From positions 124,001 through 188,000 of the IMG/VR virus record IMGVR_UViG_3300027985_000843: a stretch of 64,000 bases of DNA; one strand, given 5' to 3'. Shown here in pieces: positions 47,226 to 55,516 of the stretch. Under the pieces are notes generated by a model, which saw only the letters and a list, made by a program, of their open reading frames with translations, did no database searches and had not been told where the DNA came from. Position 1 is the first letter of the stretch. Each line of letters begins with the position of its first letter. Position numbers and translations under genes: made by a program.

Positions 47226-48577
47226 CAGTACATGATGTCTTCCCACGTCTTAGTGCGGCCTCGAATCTCCCTCTCGTCAGGGATGTTCGGCTTGTCCGTC
47301 ACTTGCGGGGGTTCGTTCTCCGGCGGGATGGCCGGGGCCAATTGCGTCTGACTCGTGGGCCGGTCCATCGGCACACGGTATCGGATGTCCCTCTCGTCGA
47401 TGTGCCCGACAGTGAAGTGCTGCTGAAGGACCATGCCCCGATTGGTGGGCATTCTGACGGCCCCCACGCTGTAGCGCTCCCCGTTGATCTTCACCAGGAA
47501 GTCTCGTTGCGACAGCAGAGGGCTGGGGCCGGTCCAGACCTCGTAGGCGTGTTCGATGGTCCGGCCGATGTCCCGCTGGGCAATCCTGCGTTCCGCGTCG
47601 TCCGGAGCGATGACAAGGTCGAACGGACCCTCGTACCCTCCGATGAAGCCCGTCCCGAAACACTTCGGGCAGTCGTTTTGCGGCTGCTTGTACCTCGGCC
47701 TCTCAGTGCACCCACACGGGATGCCATTCCGCTTCCGGATGAAGATCTTGACCCGCTCCCCACCCTGCCGAAGGATCCAAGCATTCCGGCGCACAGCTTC
47801 TCGCCAGATGTAGTCGATCTTCTCGATCTCTTTGCTCGACGTGAAGGTTGCCCACTCCAGGGGTGTCTCCACGAGGTCCTGGGGTTGCGCTTGGCTGATG
47901 GGCAGGGTCGTCGGAACGCCCACCGTGGAGACTCGATAGAAAACTCGCTGGTCCAGATCGGTCCGAAGCAAACTGCGATTGTACAGGTAGGTGACCCGCA
48001 CCTCCGCATTAGCACCCGGGACAATGGCCGGCTCAAGCGTCTGCGTGTCGACGTTGGGGTACCACATGGGATCCAGCTCGATCTCTCCAGACGTGCCATC
48101 CACCCGAAGGATGGTGGCCCGCGTGCCATTCACCGTGACAACGACATCGGAGGGAGCGTCCGCCGGTGTGGCTTGGGACCCGGACTTGACGATGGGGCGA
48201 CGCTGCGTGCACAGCACGTAGCGTACCTGGTCAGAACCAGCCGTCTGGACGCCCCGAAGCACCCAGTAGTCATCCTCCACCAGCTCCCCCTCGATGAGCA
48301 CGTTGTCCGTGCGGTCTCGCCAGTACATCGCCCCTATCGGGAGAGACGTGAGTCGTTCGTACGGACCGAACTCAGAATCGAAGGCGCGGTAGATGTTGAC
48401 CCCACAGACGTGGAACTGCGAGTTGAGAGCCAAGCTCGCGGGGTCGTCCCATACGAGGTCGTACACACCAGCCTCGAAGCCGCTCGTCAAGAACAGGTTC
48501 CTGGGAGGGGCCGGCCACGGGGCCTTCTCGATTTCATCCCACTGGGGGCGTCTGTCTCGGTCCGATGCGTAAGGCAT
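47225..48577 (-). CDS. Head-closure (neck) protein with Zn-finger insertion
   Basis: GE.V....RK..G..CGC......CPKCFGTGF.GGY; WT...P.L...D.L....GERY; N-terminal FN3-like part. Confidence 0.65.
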   Translation of the reverse strand: MPYASDRDRRPQWDEIEKAPWPAPPRNLFLTSGFEAGVYDLVWDDPASLALNSQFHVCGVNIYRAFDSEFGPYERLTSLPIGAMYWRDRTDNVLIEGELVEDDYWVLRGVQTAGSDQVRYVLCTQRRPIVKSGSQATPADAPSDVVVTVNGTRATILRVDGTSGEIELDPMWYPNVDTQTLEPAIVPGANAEVRVTYLYNRSLLRTDLDQRVFYRVSTVGVPTTLPISQAQPQDLVETPLEWATFTSSKEIEKIDYIWREAVRRNAWILRQGGERVKIFIRKRNGIPCGCTERPRYKQPQNDCPKCFGTGFIGGYEGPFDLVIAPDDAERRIAQRDIGRTIEHAYEVWTGPSPLLSQRDFLVKINGERYSVGAVRMPTNRGMVLQQHFTVGHIDERDIRYRVPMDRPTSQTQLAPAIPPENEPPQVTDKPNIPDEREIRGRTKTWEDIMY

Positions 48578-48613
48578 GGGGTCTCCTCATGGAACGAACC
48601 ATAAGGAGAGTTG

Positions 48614-48904
48614 CTACGCAGAAGGCTTGTCCTCAGCCATCTCGAAGGCCCCTGTCTTGGGATCGATCTCGATAACGGTGCCCGGAGCGAAGCCCCTCTC
48701 CGTGAGGATCTTGTTGAAGATCTCGTCCCGCTGCTGATCCAGGCGGCGAATGGTCGCGAGGATCTGTACCTTCCGTAGGTCGATATCGATGCCCTCGATC
48801 GAGAGCTGCGTGCGGAACTTCACGATGTGGTCGAGCTGGCTCAGAACCTCCTGAGACACAGGGGTGTTCTGGGGGATTCTGACGTCATCATTTTCAGTAG
48901 GCAT
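48614..48904 (-). CDS. Hypothetical 96-aa protein
   Basis: ATG with GGAG; helical core; GC3-biased codons. Confidence 0.75.
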   Translation of the reverse strand: MPTENDDVRIPQNTPVSQEVLSQLDHIVKFRTQLSIEGIDIDLRKVQILATIRRLDQQRDEIFNKILTERGFAPGTVIEIDPKTGAFEMAEDKPSA

Positions 48905-48928
48905 GGTTCATCTCCATCTGGTTTTTGG

Positions 48929-49819
48929 CTAGAAGCCAACGAACTTACGAGGGGACAGTGCGCCCCTCCCAGCGTAGGGTCCGAAGGCGGAACGAATGCC
49001 AACCCCATAGCGGGGTTGCTTGAGACCACGAATCGTTTTGACCGTCTGCTTTGCTCGGTCGAGCTGCGTGTCAAACTGGTCCTTCATGGCCTGATAGGCG
49101 GACTCGTACTTGCTCGACTTCTCGATGGTCAACGACACACCACCGATGCTGTAGTCGAACTCGTCGGCGATCCAGTTGACCATGAGGGCGAACAGTGCGT
49201 GCATGGCAGCACCGTTAAGGAGCAGGGTCCGCCACTCAGGGTAGCACTGGACAAGCGTGTCGCAGTTGTTGAAGGGCGTCCTCGGGGGAGCCGCTGCGAT
49301 CATGTCCAAGCTGCGGTTGATGTACTCCTGGAGTTCGATGTCCTCCCAGATGTACCCGAAGACCTGGTTGAACTGTCCGATGGTCGTCTCATGGGCGGGC
49401 GGGCGAAAATGGTAGTTGCGATCGGGGTTGTTGTCCCGAAGGTAGATCCGGAGTCTCCGGATCATGTCGTCTTCGCAGGTGGTAAACTGGCTCGCGAGGT
49501 TCGTGGACTTGTCGATGACCTCGAACTCCTGCAACACCTGGTGGATGGGGCCACCGATGCGCTCTCTGAAGGTCCACCGGATCCGGTAGTTGCCGATGTT
49601 GGCGTCCAAGGGCACGATGATGCTGACGTAGTAGGCCCCTACGGAAGGATTGACGGGGGTGCGCCTGGGCGCCCCAAGGAGCACTTCCTGCCCCGTGGTG
49701 AAGTCGTACAGGGCATAGGTGATCTCGGCCGCGTTCGTGGGTACCCCAGACGTGTCCTCTAGGAAGATGTTGAGGTCTTCGCTTCCGAGCTGTTGTCCCT
49801 TGTAGAACGCGACGGACAT
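48929..49819 (-). CDS. Head-tail adaptor (neck) protein with N-terminal Ig-like domain
   Basis: C-half MI..LR..LRD..P...W.D.EL..Y...L......P.T and E..YS.GG.S......KY fit adaptor proteins. Confidence 0.65.
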   Translation of the reverse strand: MSVAFYKGQQLGSEDLNIFLEDTSGVPTNAAEITYALYDFTTGQEVLLGAPRRTPVNPSVGAYYVSIIVPLDANIGNYRIRWTFRERIGGPIHQVLQEFEVIDKSTNLASQFTTCEDDMIRRLRIYLRDNNPDRNYHFRPPAHETTIGQFNQVFGYIWEDIELQEYINRSLDMIAAAPPRTPFNNCDTLVQCYPEWRTLLLNGAAMHALFALMVNWIADEFDYSIGGVSLTIEKSSKYESAYQAMKDQFDTQLDRAKQTVKTIRGLKQPRYGVGIRSAFGPYAGRGALSPRKFVGF

Positions 49820-50158
49820 CTACTCACCCCACCGTTCTTCCCAAGTGACAGTGATGGTCAACCCACCGCCGCGCTTCTGGGTGTCGATGTTCTTCAGCTG
49901 GCTACTGATACCACCTGGAACCTTGGAAGGGAAGGTGAAGTATCGACTGAACTCCCTTCGCAGGTCCTGTTTGTCGGGGGCCCCGTCGAACTGTTCCTCC
50001 AGCGTCTGGGGAGGTACCGTCAACACTACCTCGAAGGTATCCCCTGACTCGTCGACCTTCTGAACGAACCTACCCCACTTCTCCCGGAAGGCGGGAGGGA
50101 GGTCTCTCTTGGTCAGAGCCCGCAGATACCTAGCGACAACACGCCTTACCAAGTTCAT
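49820..50158 (-). CDS. Hypothetical 112-aa protein (MNLVRRVVARYLRA)
   Basis: TGATG overlap with the upstream gene defines ATG 50158. Confidence 0.75.
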   Translation of the reverse strand: MNLVRRVVARYLRALTKRDLPPAFREKWGRFVQKVDESGDTFEVVLTVPPQTLEEQFDGAPDKQDLRREFSRYFTFPSKVPGGISSQLKNIDTQKRGGGLTITVTWEERWGE

Positions 50159-50910
50159 CAATTCCACCCGTACTTCCGGCACCTGACCGTGACGTCCCTA
50201 GGACAGTTCGCCAAGGCTGCATCGAGGACCTCGAACTCCATTTCCTTGCTCTGGGCCACAGAGTTGAGGTTGTACCACCATTCCCATACGACAACCCACG
50301 AGCCGGGCTGCCCTAGTTCCCCGGCCTTCCCGGCCACGTAGAATTCACCAGTCTCGCCCGCCACCGGGACTCTGCGAGCTGGACCCGCCTGCCTCCGAGT
50401 GCCGCTGGGCAGCACCTGGTACAGGGTGTACCGCACCAACACGGGCACGACAGGGCCCGTCTGATTGCAAAGGTAGATGGGCAGGTCACCTCGTTGCAAC
50501 AGCTGGCCGTAGCGGAACTGCTTGGGCGGCGAGACGATGGCTCGCACGGCCGGCAGCTGATGTTCCACGACGGGCTCCCCCACCATGCTGGACGTCCCAT
50601 GAATGGGCAGGGGAACACCCACCAGCAAGAGGTCGCCGAAGCCGATAGCCCAACCTGCCACGCTGATGACCTTGAGGGCCTGCCCTGTCGTTGTAGACGT
50701 CCCCGAAGCTACCCCCGCCACAGGCGTGGTCAAGTCAACTTCGAGAAGGCTCGTGCCGACAGTGTGACCCGTGACGATCTGACTGCGTCCAACCGAGGCA
50801 GTCGTGTCAGAGCTGCCTTGAGCAAGGGCTGACACATTGCGCACGACTCCCGTTGCCCCAACAACGACTGCCTGGCCGACAGTGAGTCCTGCTGCGTCAA
50901 TAATCGTCAT
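50158..50910 (-). CDS. Putative neck fibre/collar protein; C-domain paralogous to the adaptor N-domain
   Basis: Gly/Thr/Ala/Val-rich N-half. C-half F..GQ.L...DL.I.L...EFEV.D matches 48929-49819. Confidence 0.7.
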   Translation of the reverse strand: MTIIDAAGLTVGQAVVVGATGVVRNVSALAQGSSDTTASVGRSQIVTGHTVGTSLLEVDLTTPVAGVASGTSTTTGQALKVISVAGWAIGFGDLLLVGVPLPIHGTSSMVGEPVVEHQLPAVRAIVSPPKQFRYGQLLQRGDLPIYLCNQTGPVVPVLVRYTLYQVLPSGTRRQAGPARRVPVAGETGEFYVAGKAGELGQPGSWVVVWEWWYNLNSVAQSKEMEFEVLDAALANCPRDVTVRCRKYGWN

Positions 50911-50925
50911 ACGTCCTCAGATCCC

Positions 50926-51309
50926 TCAATCCTCCGTGACGGTCAGCTGCCCGGTAGGAAACCTCAGCTGGTCGGAGGTCAAGATCTCCCTGCTGGCCGT
51001 GAGGTTGGCGTAGTAGAGCATGTTGCCCGCCGAGGCCGCATCGAACAGAGCGTATGCCACGATGGTGCCCCAGTCCCCCGTAGCTATCGGAAAGGTCACA
51101 TCGGCACTGTTGCTGACACTGTCAGGCGAGGGAGCCGTGAAGGTCACGGACTGCCTGGCGTACGCGCCACCAGACACTTCCGTCCCCCCGCCTGTCTCAT
51201 CCGGTGCGACCGTGAAGAGTCCCACGTAGACGGTGGTGGGGGAGCTGTATGCCGTGTTCCTCAACACATGGTTGAGAAGCTGCGTTTCGAGGTAGTTGGT
51301 CTTGCTCAT
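50926..51309 (-). CDS. Phage fibre-base-like protein (MS.YLE..LL.H family)
   Basis: MSKTNYLETQLLNH....Y.SP..VYVGLFT.AP...GGG.EVSGG.YARQ...FP.AT..WGT....LFDA...GN. Confidence 0.8.
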   Translation of the reverse strand: MSKTNYLETQLLNHVLRNTAYSSPTTVYVGLFTVAPDETGGGTEVSGGAYARQSVTFTAPSPDSVSNSADVTFPIATGDWGTIVAYALFDAASAGNMLYYANLTASREILTSDQLRFPTGQLTVTED

Positions 51310-51323
51310 GGGTCTCACTCGGA

Positions 51324-51344
51324 GAGGCTCATAAAAAGAGCCTC
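51324..51344. promoter_or_regulatory. 7-bp perfect inverted repeat with A/T loop upstream of the fibre-base gene
   Basis: GAGGCTC-ATAAAAA-GAGCCTC. Confidence 0.35.
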
Positions 51345-51356
51345 AGGCGAAGACCC

Positions 51357-51746
51357 TCAAGGTCGCGTGAAAGCTGCCCGAAGGCTCGTTTCCGCTTGGG
51401 GAAGGTTCACGACGTTGTAGTCCTGAGCCATGATCTGCGTGCCGGCAGTGTAGTTGATGATCACCCGCCAGAAACCGATCGCGTTGGGGCGCCACCGAAC
51501 ACTGTAGAACCCCGGGCTACCGGTGATCTCTGTCCAGTACAAGACACCTGAGCGGACCTGGCTGTCTTGGGTGGTCGTACCATCGACCAACGTCCAGGGC
51601 TGCAAGGCGTTGTTGAAGAACACCTGGTGAGTCAAGTCACCTACGACCAAGCCGACCTTTCGAGTGAATTCGTCTACCTCGAAGAAGTCGGGCTGGTCAT
51701 AAGCCACCTGACTGGTCTGGATGAGCTGTTGTCCACGGGTAATCAC
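51357..51746 (-). CDS. Hypothetical Ig-like virion protein
   Basis: 129 aa, GTG start with GGAGG; G.YSVRW....G.WR resembles the neighbouring Ig-like domains. Confidence 0.75.
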   Translation of the reverse strand: MITRGQQLIQTSQVAYDQPDFFEVDEFTRKVGLVVGDLTHQVFFNNALQPWTLVDGTTTQDSQVRSGVLYWTEITGSPGFYSVRWRPNAIGFWRVIINYTAGTQIMAQDYNVVNLPQAETSLRAAFTRP

Positions 51747-51764
51747 TTCTGCCTCCGAGGGATC

Positions 51765-52016
51765 CTACGGCATGTGGCAGATTGACTTCAGACTCTTGAT
51801 CGCATCGGCGAACGGCAGTGCCTCCACGCGCCCGGTCCGATTGAACCAAGCAGTCTTCAGCTCCTCGATGTTGGTCACCGAGGAGTCGAAGACGAAAGTC
51901 ACTTTGTTGTTGCCGCTTCGATCGGTCCGAAGCATCCGTGCCCCCGCAACCTGAAGGTAGGCTGCGAAGTAGAGATCACACGTCCGGAACTCGTCCGGGT
52001 TCAGGTTCTTGCTCAT
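51765..52016 (-). CDS. DUF5659-like small protein (possible winged-helix regulator)
   Basis: F.T.DLYFAAYL...G.......R......F.F ... F..AIK.LK. Start ATG 52016. Confidence 0.65.
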   Translation of the reverse strand: MSKNLNPDEFRTCDLYFAAYLQVAGARMLRTDRSGNNKVTFVFDSSVTNIEELKTAWFNRTGRVEALPFADAIKSLKSICHMP

Positions 52017-52117
52017 CTGATCTTCTCTTGGTCTGGGCACAGAGTGCCTGTAGTCGTTTCGGGTTCGAGTTCTGGATCTGTGTTTTCATCTTCATTTGCC
52101 GTCAGAGGCTACTGGTA

Positions 52118-53230
52118 CTAGCTGACAGCTACGGCCAGTGACACCTGCTGACGAACCTGGACCTGCGCGTAGGTCGTGGTCGTGGCAGCCCCCGGAATGA
52201 GGGAGGCCGGAACTACGATAGCGGTGTCGGACACTGTGCCGCCAGCGGCTTCCAGGACTTGCTGAGTGATGACCGTCGTGACATCGCCCGTGAACTTGAT
52301 CACGGTCTCATTCCGCTCGGGATCACCCAAGCCAGTTCCAGCGATGGTCACGTCACCCGCAGTGGGGCTGTCGAGGGTCGCCGAAGATGTGGTGGGCAGC
52401 GTCAGCGAGAACGCGGTTCCGTCGTCCGAACACACGGAGATGGCAGGCCCATTCGATAGGGCGGGCCGGCGGCGAGGGTCGGGGTTGAAGTTCGCACTCA
52501 GCAGGTCGGCCATGTTGCCCACGAGGTAGCTGTCGAGAACCTTGGGGGTCTCGACGAGTCGGGGAGCCAAGGCGTCTGCCACCGCCGTAACCGTTCCACG
52601 AGCATCGGGGATGAGGTTCAGGGCATTGGAGTTGGTGGATGCCCCCACCGCCTTGATGGTCACCGCCGTCACATCGAGAGGGCCGCTCACAGGAAGACAG
52701 TCCGCGATGAAAGCGGCGGCCGAAGGCATGGTGCGGGCACCGTCCGTAAGACCCAACGGGGTGTTTGCCACGGAACCATTCAACACGGTATCGAGCGCGA
52801 TGTACGAGTTCACGCCGTAGGTGTTCGACTCCAGAGCCACACCATTGCCGGCCACGTTCGTGCGGGCCGTGATGCCGGTCCCCGTGAGGGCCGTGTTCAC
52901 AGCTGCGACGAGCGATGCCAGTGTGGCGTATGCTGCCTGGGTGATGAGCACGGTGGTGAACGCCGCCGTTGCCGACGTCTTGACCTTGAGGTCATCGTTG
53001 GTGGCATCGATGGTGAGCGGGAACGTGCCCGAGATGTCGGACCCGTTGAGGGTTGCACCGGCACCCGTCGTGGAGTTCGACAGGGCTGCCTCGACGACGG
53101 ATGTCACGGGGCGGCTGATGTAGCGCTCCTGTCCACGGGGCTCGGTGGGAGGATTGTACCTGGAAACGGGCTCCAAATCCGCCAGGAAAACAGGACCAGG
53201 AAGGTCTCCACGAATGACGCCGACTCTCAT
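52118..53230 (-). CDS. Virion-type protein with C-terminal IPT/TIG-like domain
   Basis: 370 aa; ATLDSPTAGDVTIAGTGLG module is shared with the 53629-54789 repeats. Confidence 0.8.
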   Translation of the reverse strand: MRVGVIRGDLPGPVFLADLEPVSRYNPPTEPRGQERYISRPVTSVVEAALSNSTTGAGATLNGSDISGTFPLTIDATNDDLKVKTSATAAFTTVLITQAAYATLASLVAAVNTALTGTGITARTNVAGNGVALESNTYGVNSYIALDTVLNGSVANTPLGLTDGARTMPSAAAFIADCLPVSGPLDVTAVTIKAVGASTNSNALNLIPDARGTVTAVADALAPRLVETPKVLDSYLVGNMADLLSANFNPDPRRRPALSNGPAISVCSDDGTAFSLTLPTTSSATLDSPTAGDVTIAGTGLGDPERNETVIKFTGDVTTVITQQVLEAAGGTVSDTAIVVPASLIPGAATTTTYAQVQVRQQVSLAVAVS

Positions 53231-53239
53231 TGTTGACTC

Positions 53240-53620
53240 CTACTCGTTGGGTGGGTTCTCCGTGCCGTCGAACCGTCCCCTTGCCTGATCAATCTTGAGA
53301 TACTGGAGGACAGTCCCGTAGTCACTGTAGAATTCCGCGATGGCCTGGATGAGCAAGAGGTCGTCAGCTCTCCAAGCGAACTGAGCCCGCCGCAGGGCGA
53401 GCTGCATCCTGTTGAGGATGCGGGTGTAGATTGGTGCTCTGTCAAGGGTCTGAAGCTCGGCTTGCGCCTCCTGGAGACCCTTGAACTTCGCCACGGCATC
53501 CTTGAGGATGTTGCTGCTGATGATCGATGGAATGAGGTCCTTCGGCCTCCACCGCTTGTCGATTTGGTAGAAGCGATCACCTTCTTGCTGCAACAGCCTC
53601 GGTAGATGTCGATACAGCAC
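53240..53620 (-). CDS. Hypothetical 126-aa helical protein
   Basis: GTG start; fills the gap between two structural-type genes; host-like codons. Confidence 0.7.
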   Translation of the reverse strand: MLYRHLPRLLQQEGDRFYQIDKRWRPKDLIPSIISSNILKDAVAKFKGLQEAQAELQTLDRAPIYTRILNRMQLALRRAQFAWRADDLLLIQAIAEFYSDYGTVLQYLKIDQARGRFDGTENPPNE

Positions 53621-53628
53621 GTCACTTC

Positions 53629-54789
53629 TCAGGGCACCGTGAATGCGTTGCTGGCCTGACCATCCGCTGTCACCGTGATGGTGTCTCCGGACGTCAGACC
53701 AGCGATCAGGGTCGAGTCGATGATGATCTGGGTATCGCCCACAGCTCCAGGAGCCGTGCCTGTGATGGTGGCCTCGTCCAAGGTCACGTCGCCCACACCA
53801 GCACCAACCAGGTGGACGGAGCCCAGAACGGTGAAGCCCTCGCCGTCGATGGTGACGTCGCCAGCTGCCGGGGCATCCAAGGTCACAGCGGTGATGGAAG
53901 CGGGCACCACGAAGGCTGTGCTTGCCTTGCCATCGGCCGTAACCACGATGGTGTCATCCGGCGCCAGGCCAGGGACCAACGTGGCGTCCACGATGATCTG
54001 CGTGGCACTCACGGCACCAGGAGCCACCGCTTCGATCTCGGTCTTGGTGAGGGTGATCGGGGCACCCACGCCAGCACCATCGAACGTGACAGAGGTTTCG
54101 TTCGGAGCGGACGAATCGAAGTCGGTACCGTCGATCGTGATGTCTCCGGCGGCCGGGTCGTTCAGGGCTGCCCCCGTGACGATCGGCTTCGTGTAGATGG
54201 TGAAGGCCGCTGTCGTCTGAGCATCCGATCGAACCTGCACAGTGTCACCGTCAGCCAACCCGACGAGCAGGGTGGAATCGATCACGATGCTGGTATTGCC
54301 TACGGCTCCGGGAGCGACCGCCTCGATCTGGGCCTTGGTAAGGGTCACCGACCCGATGCCAGACCCAGAGAAGATGACCGTCGTGATCTCCGGCAACACC
54401 GACAGGAAGTTGGTGCCCGTGATCGTCAGGTCGCCCGCCGCCGGACTGTCCGGTGTCGTGGCCGTGATGGTCGGGGCATTCAGGTCAGCGATCACGAGAT
54501 TCACGACGCTGATCAGACCAGCACTCTGGAGGCCGGCGATCTTGCCCGACCCGGCGGACATGAGCACTCGCTGGGTCTCTTCCAAGTCGATGTATCCTGC
54601 GACCGTCGCATCGGTGGCCTTGACTCGGGGAATGTAGCACGGCTGCTTCCGAGAGTTGGCGTAGCCATCCCTGGCGTACGTCTTGGGGTCGGAAGTCATA
54701 CGGTGGGCGGTCTTGTTCGGCAGCCCGTCGTCAATGTCGTCGACGAGCAGGGCGCCCTGAACGGTCTGTGAGTGGATGAGCCGTAGCAT
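53629..54789 (-). CDS. Protein with three tandem IPT/TIG-like Ig domains (candidate decoration protein)
   Basis: Three ~95-aa repeats P.AGD.TI.G..F......V.F.G.G.G...L....I...APGAV..T.I..D.TL..GL...DT..V..D. SD AGGAG. Confidence 0.8.
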   Translation of the reverse strand: MLRLIHSQTVQGALLVDDIDDGLPNKTAHRMTSDPKTYARDGYANSRKQPCYIPRVKATDATVAGYIDLEETQRVLMSAGSGKIAGLQSAGLISVVNLVIADLNAPTITATTPDSPAAGDLTITGTNFLSVLPEITTVIFSGSGIGSVTLTKAQIEAVAPGAVGNTSIVIDSTLLVGLADGDTVQVRSDAQTTAAFTIYTKPIVTGAALNDPAAGDITIDGTDFDSSAPNETSVTFDGAGVGAPITLTKTEIEAVAPGAVSATQIIVDATLVPGLAPDDTIVVTADGKASTAFVVPASITAVTLDAPAAGDVTIDGEGFTVLGSVHLVGAGVGDVTLDEATITGTAPGAVGDTQIIIDSTLIAGLTSGDTITVTADGQASNAFTVP

Positions 54790-54838
54790 GTGTGTCTCCT
54801 GTCAGGTTCTACCCTTTGGACCTATAAAAGAAGAATCA

Positions 54839-55489
54839 TCACAACGGCAGGTAGTTCGCCATTGTGGCCGTGAAGGTCGCGGTAGCACCACCCCCACGAA
54901 CAACCAGGGTCGCCACTGACCCGGGCTGAAGACTTCGGACCTCCCCAGGAGGTATCCTGATCTCAGGACCTCCCTCCACCGGTGCCACATACAGGGGGGT
55001 TGCGGTCTCTTCGTTGTGAACGGCCACATCCTTCATACTGAACGGGAGGTTCAGAGTGAGAGACCCCGAGATGTCAGCAGCACTCGGAGCTGTGCCCCTG
55101 ATGCTCACCGTGCTCGACGCCTGAAGTTCGTCATCCGGAAGGATCAGGTTTGGGTTCCCGATTGCTCCACCGACCCCTGCGAAGTCCACGGGCTGGAACT
55201 GGATCCAGATGTGCTGGGTATCCGTGATCCCCGCGAGGACCGTGTAGTTGTCCGGGTCGAACACGGCCCTGATGTGGTTCCAGTTGTTGACGCTGTTGAG
55301 GGTCGCCCTGTTGATGGACGAGTCCAGGTGGCCCGAGGATATGGGGGCCGTGAAGAGGGCCGTGAAGGGGCCGTTGAACGTCGCGGCGGCCAGGAAACGG
55401 TACCCTGCCACGTCGGCCCTCTTGGGGGTCAGGAGGTCCACCAGATTTGCTCGACGTCGGATGACGGAAAAGTCGCGTGTGTTGCTCAT
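54839..55489 (-). CDS. Hypothetical beta-rich virion-type protein
   Basis: 216 aa with host-like codons; no family recognised. Confidence 0.75.
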   Translation of the reverse strand: MSNTRDFSVIRRRANLVDLLTPKRADVAGYRFLAAATFNGPFTALFTAPISSGHLDSSINRATLNSVNNWNHIRAVFDPDNYTVLAGITDTQHIWIQFQPVDFAGVGGAIGNPNLILPDDELQASSTVSIRGTAPSAADISGSLTLNLPFSMKDVAVHNEETATPLYVAPVEGGPEIRIPPGEVRSLQPGSVATLVVRGGGATATFTATMANYLPL

Positions 55490-55516
55490 GGGTACCCTCT
55501 ACGATTCACAAGAGGA

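Noticed and set aside
1-48904. Extracellular contractile injection system or tailocin instead of a phage
   Set aside because: Head-tail adaptor-like and closure-like genes, HU/UvrD, a homing endonuclease and decoration-type genes fit a phage. No Afp15-like AAA ATPase or toxin cassette was recognised. Not fully excluded, because no capsid gene is in the window.
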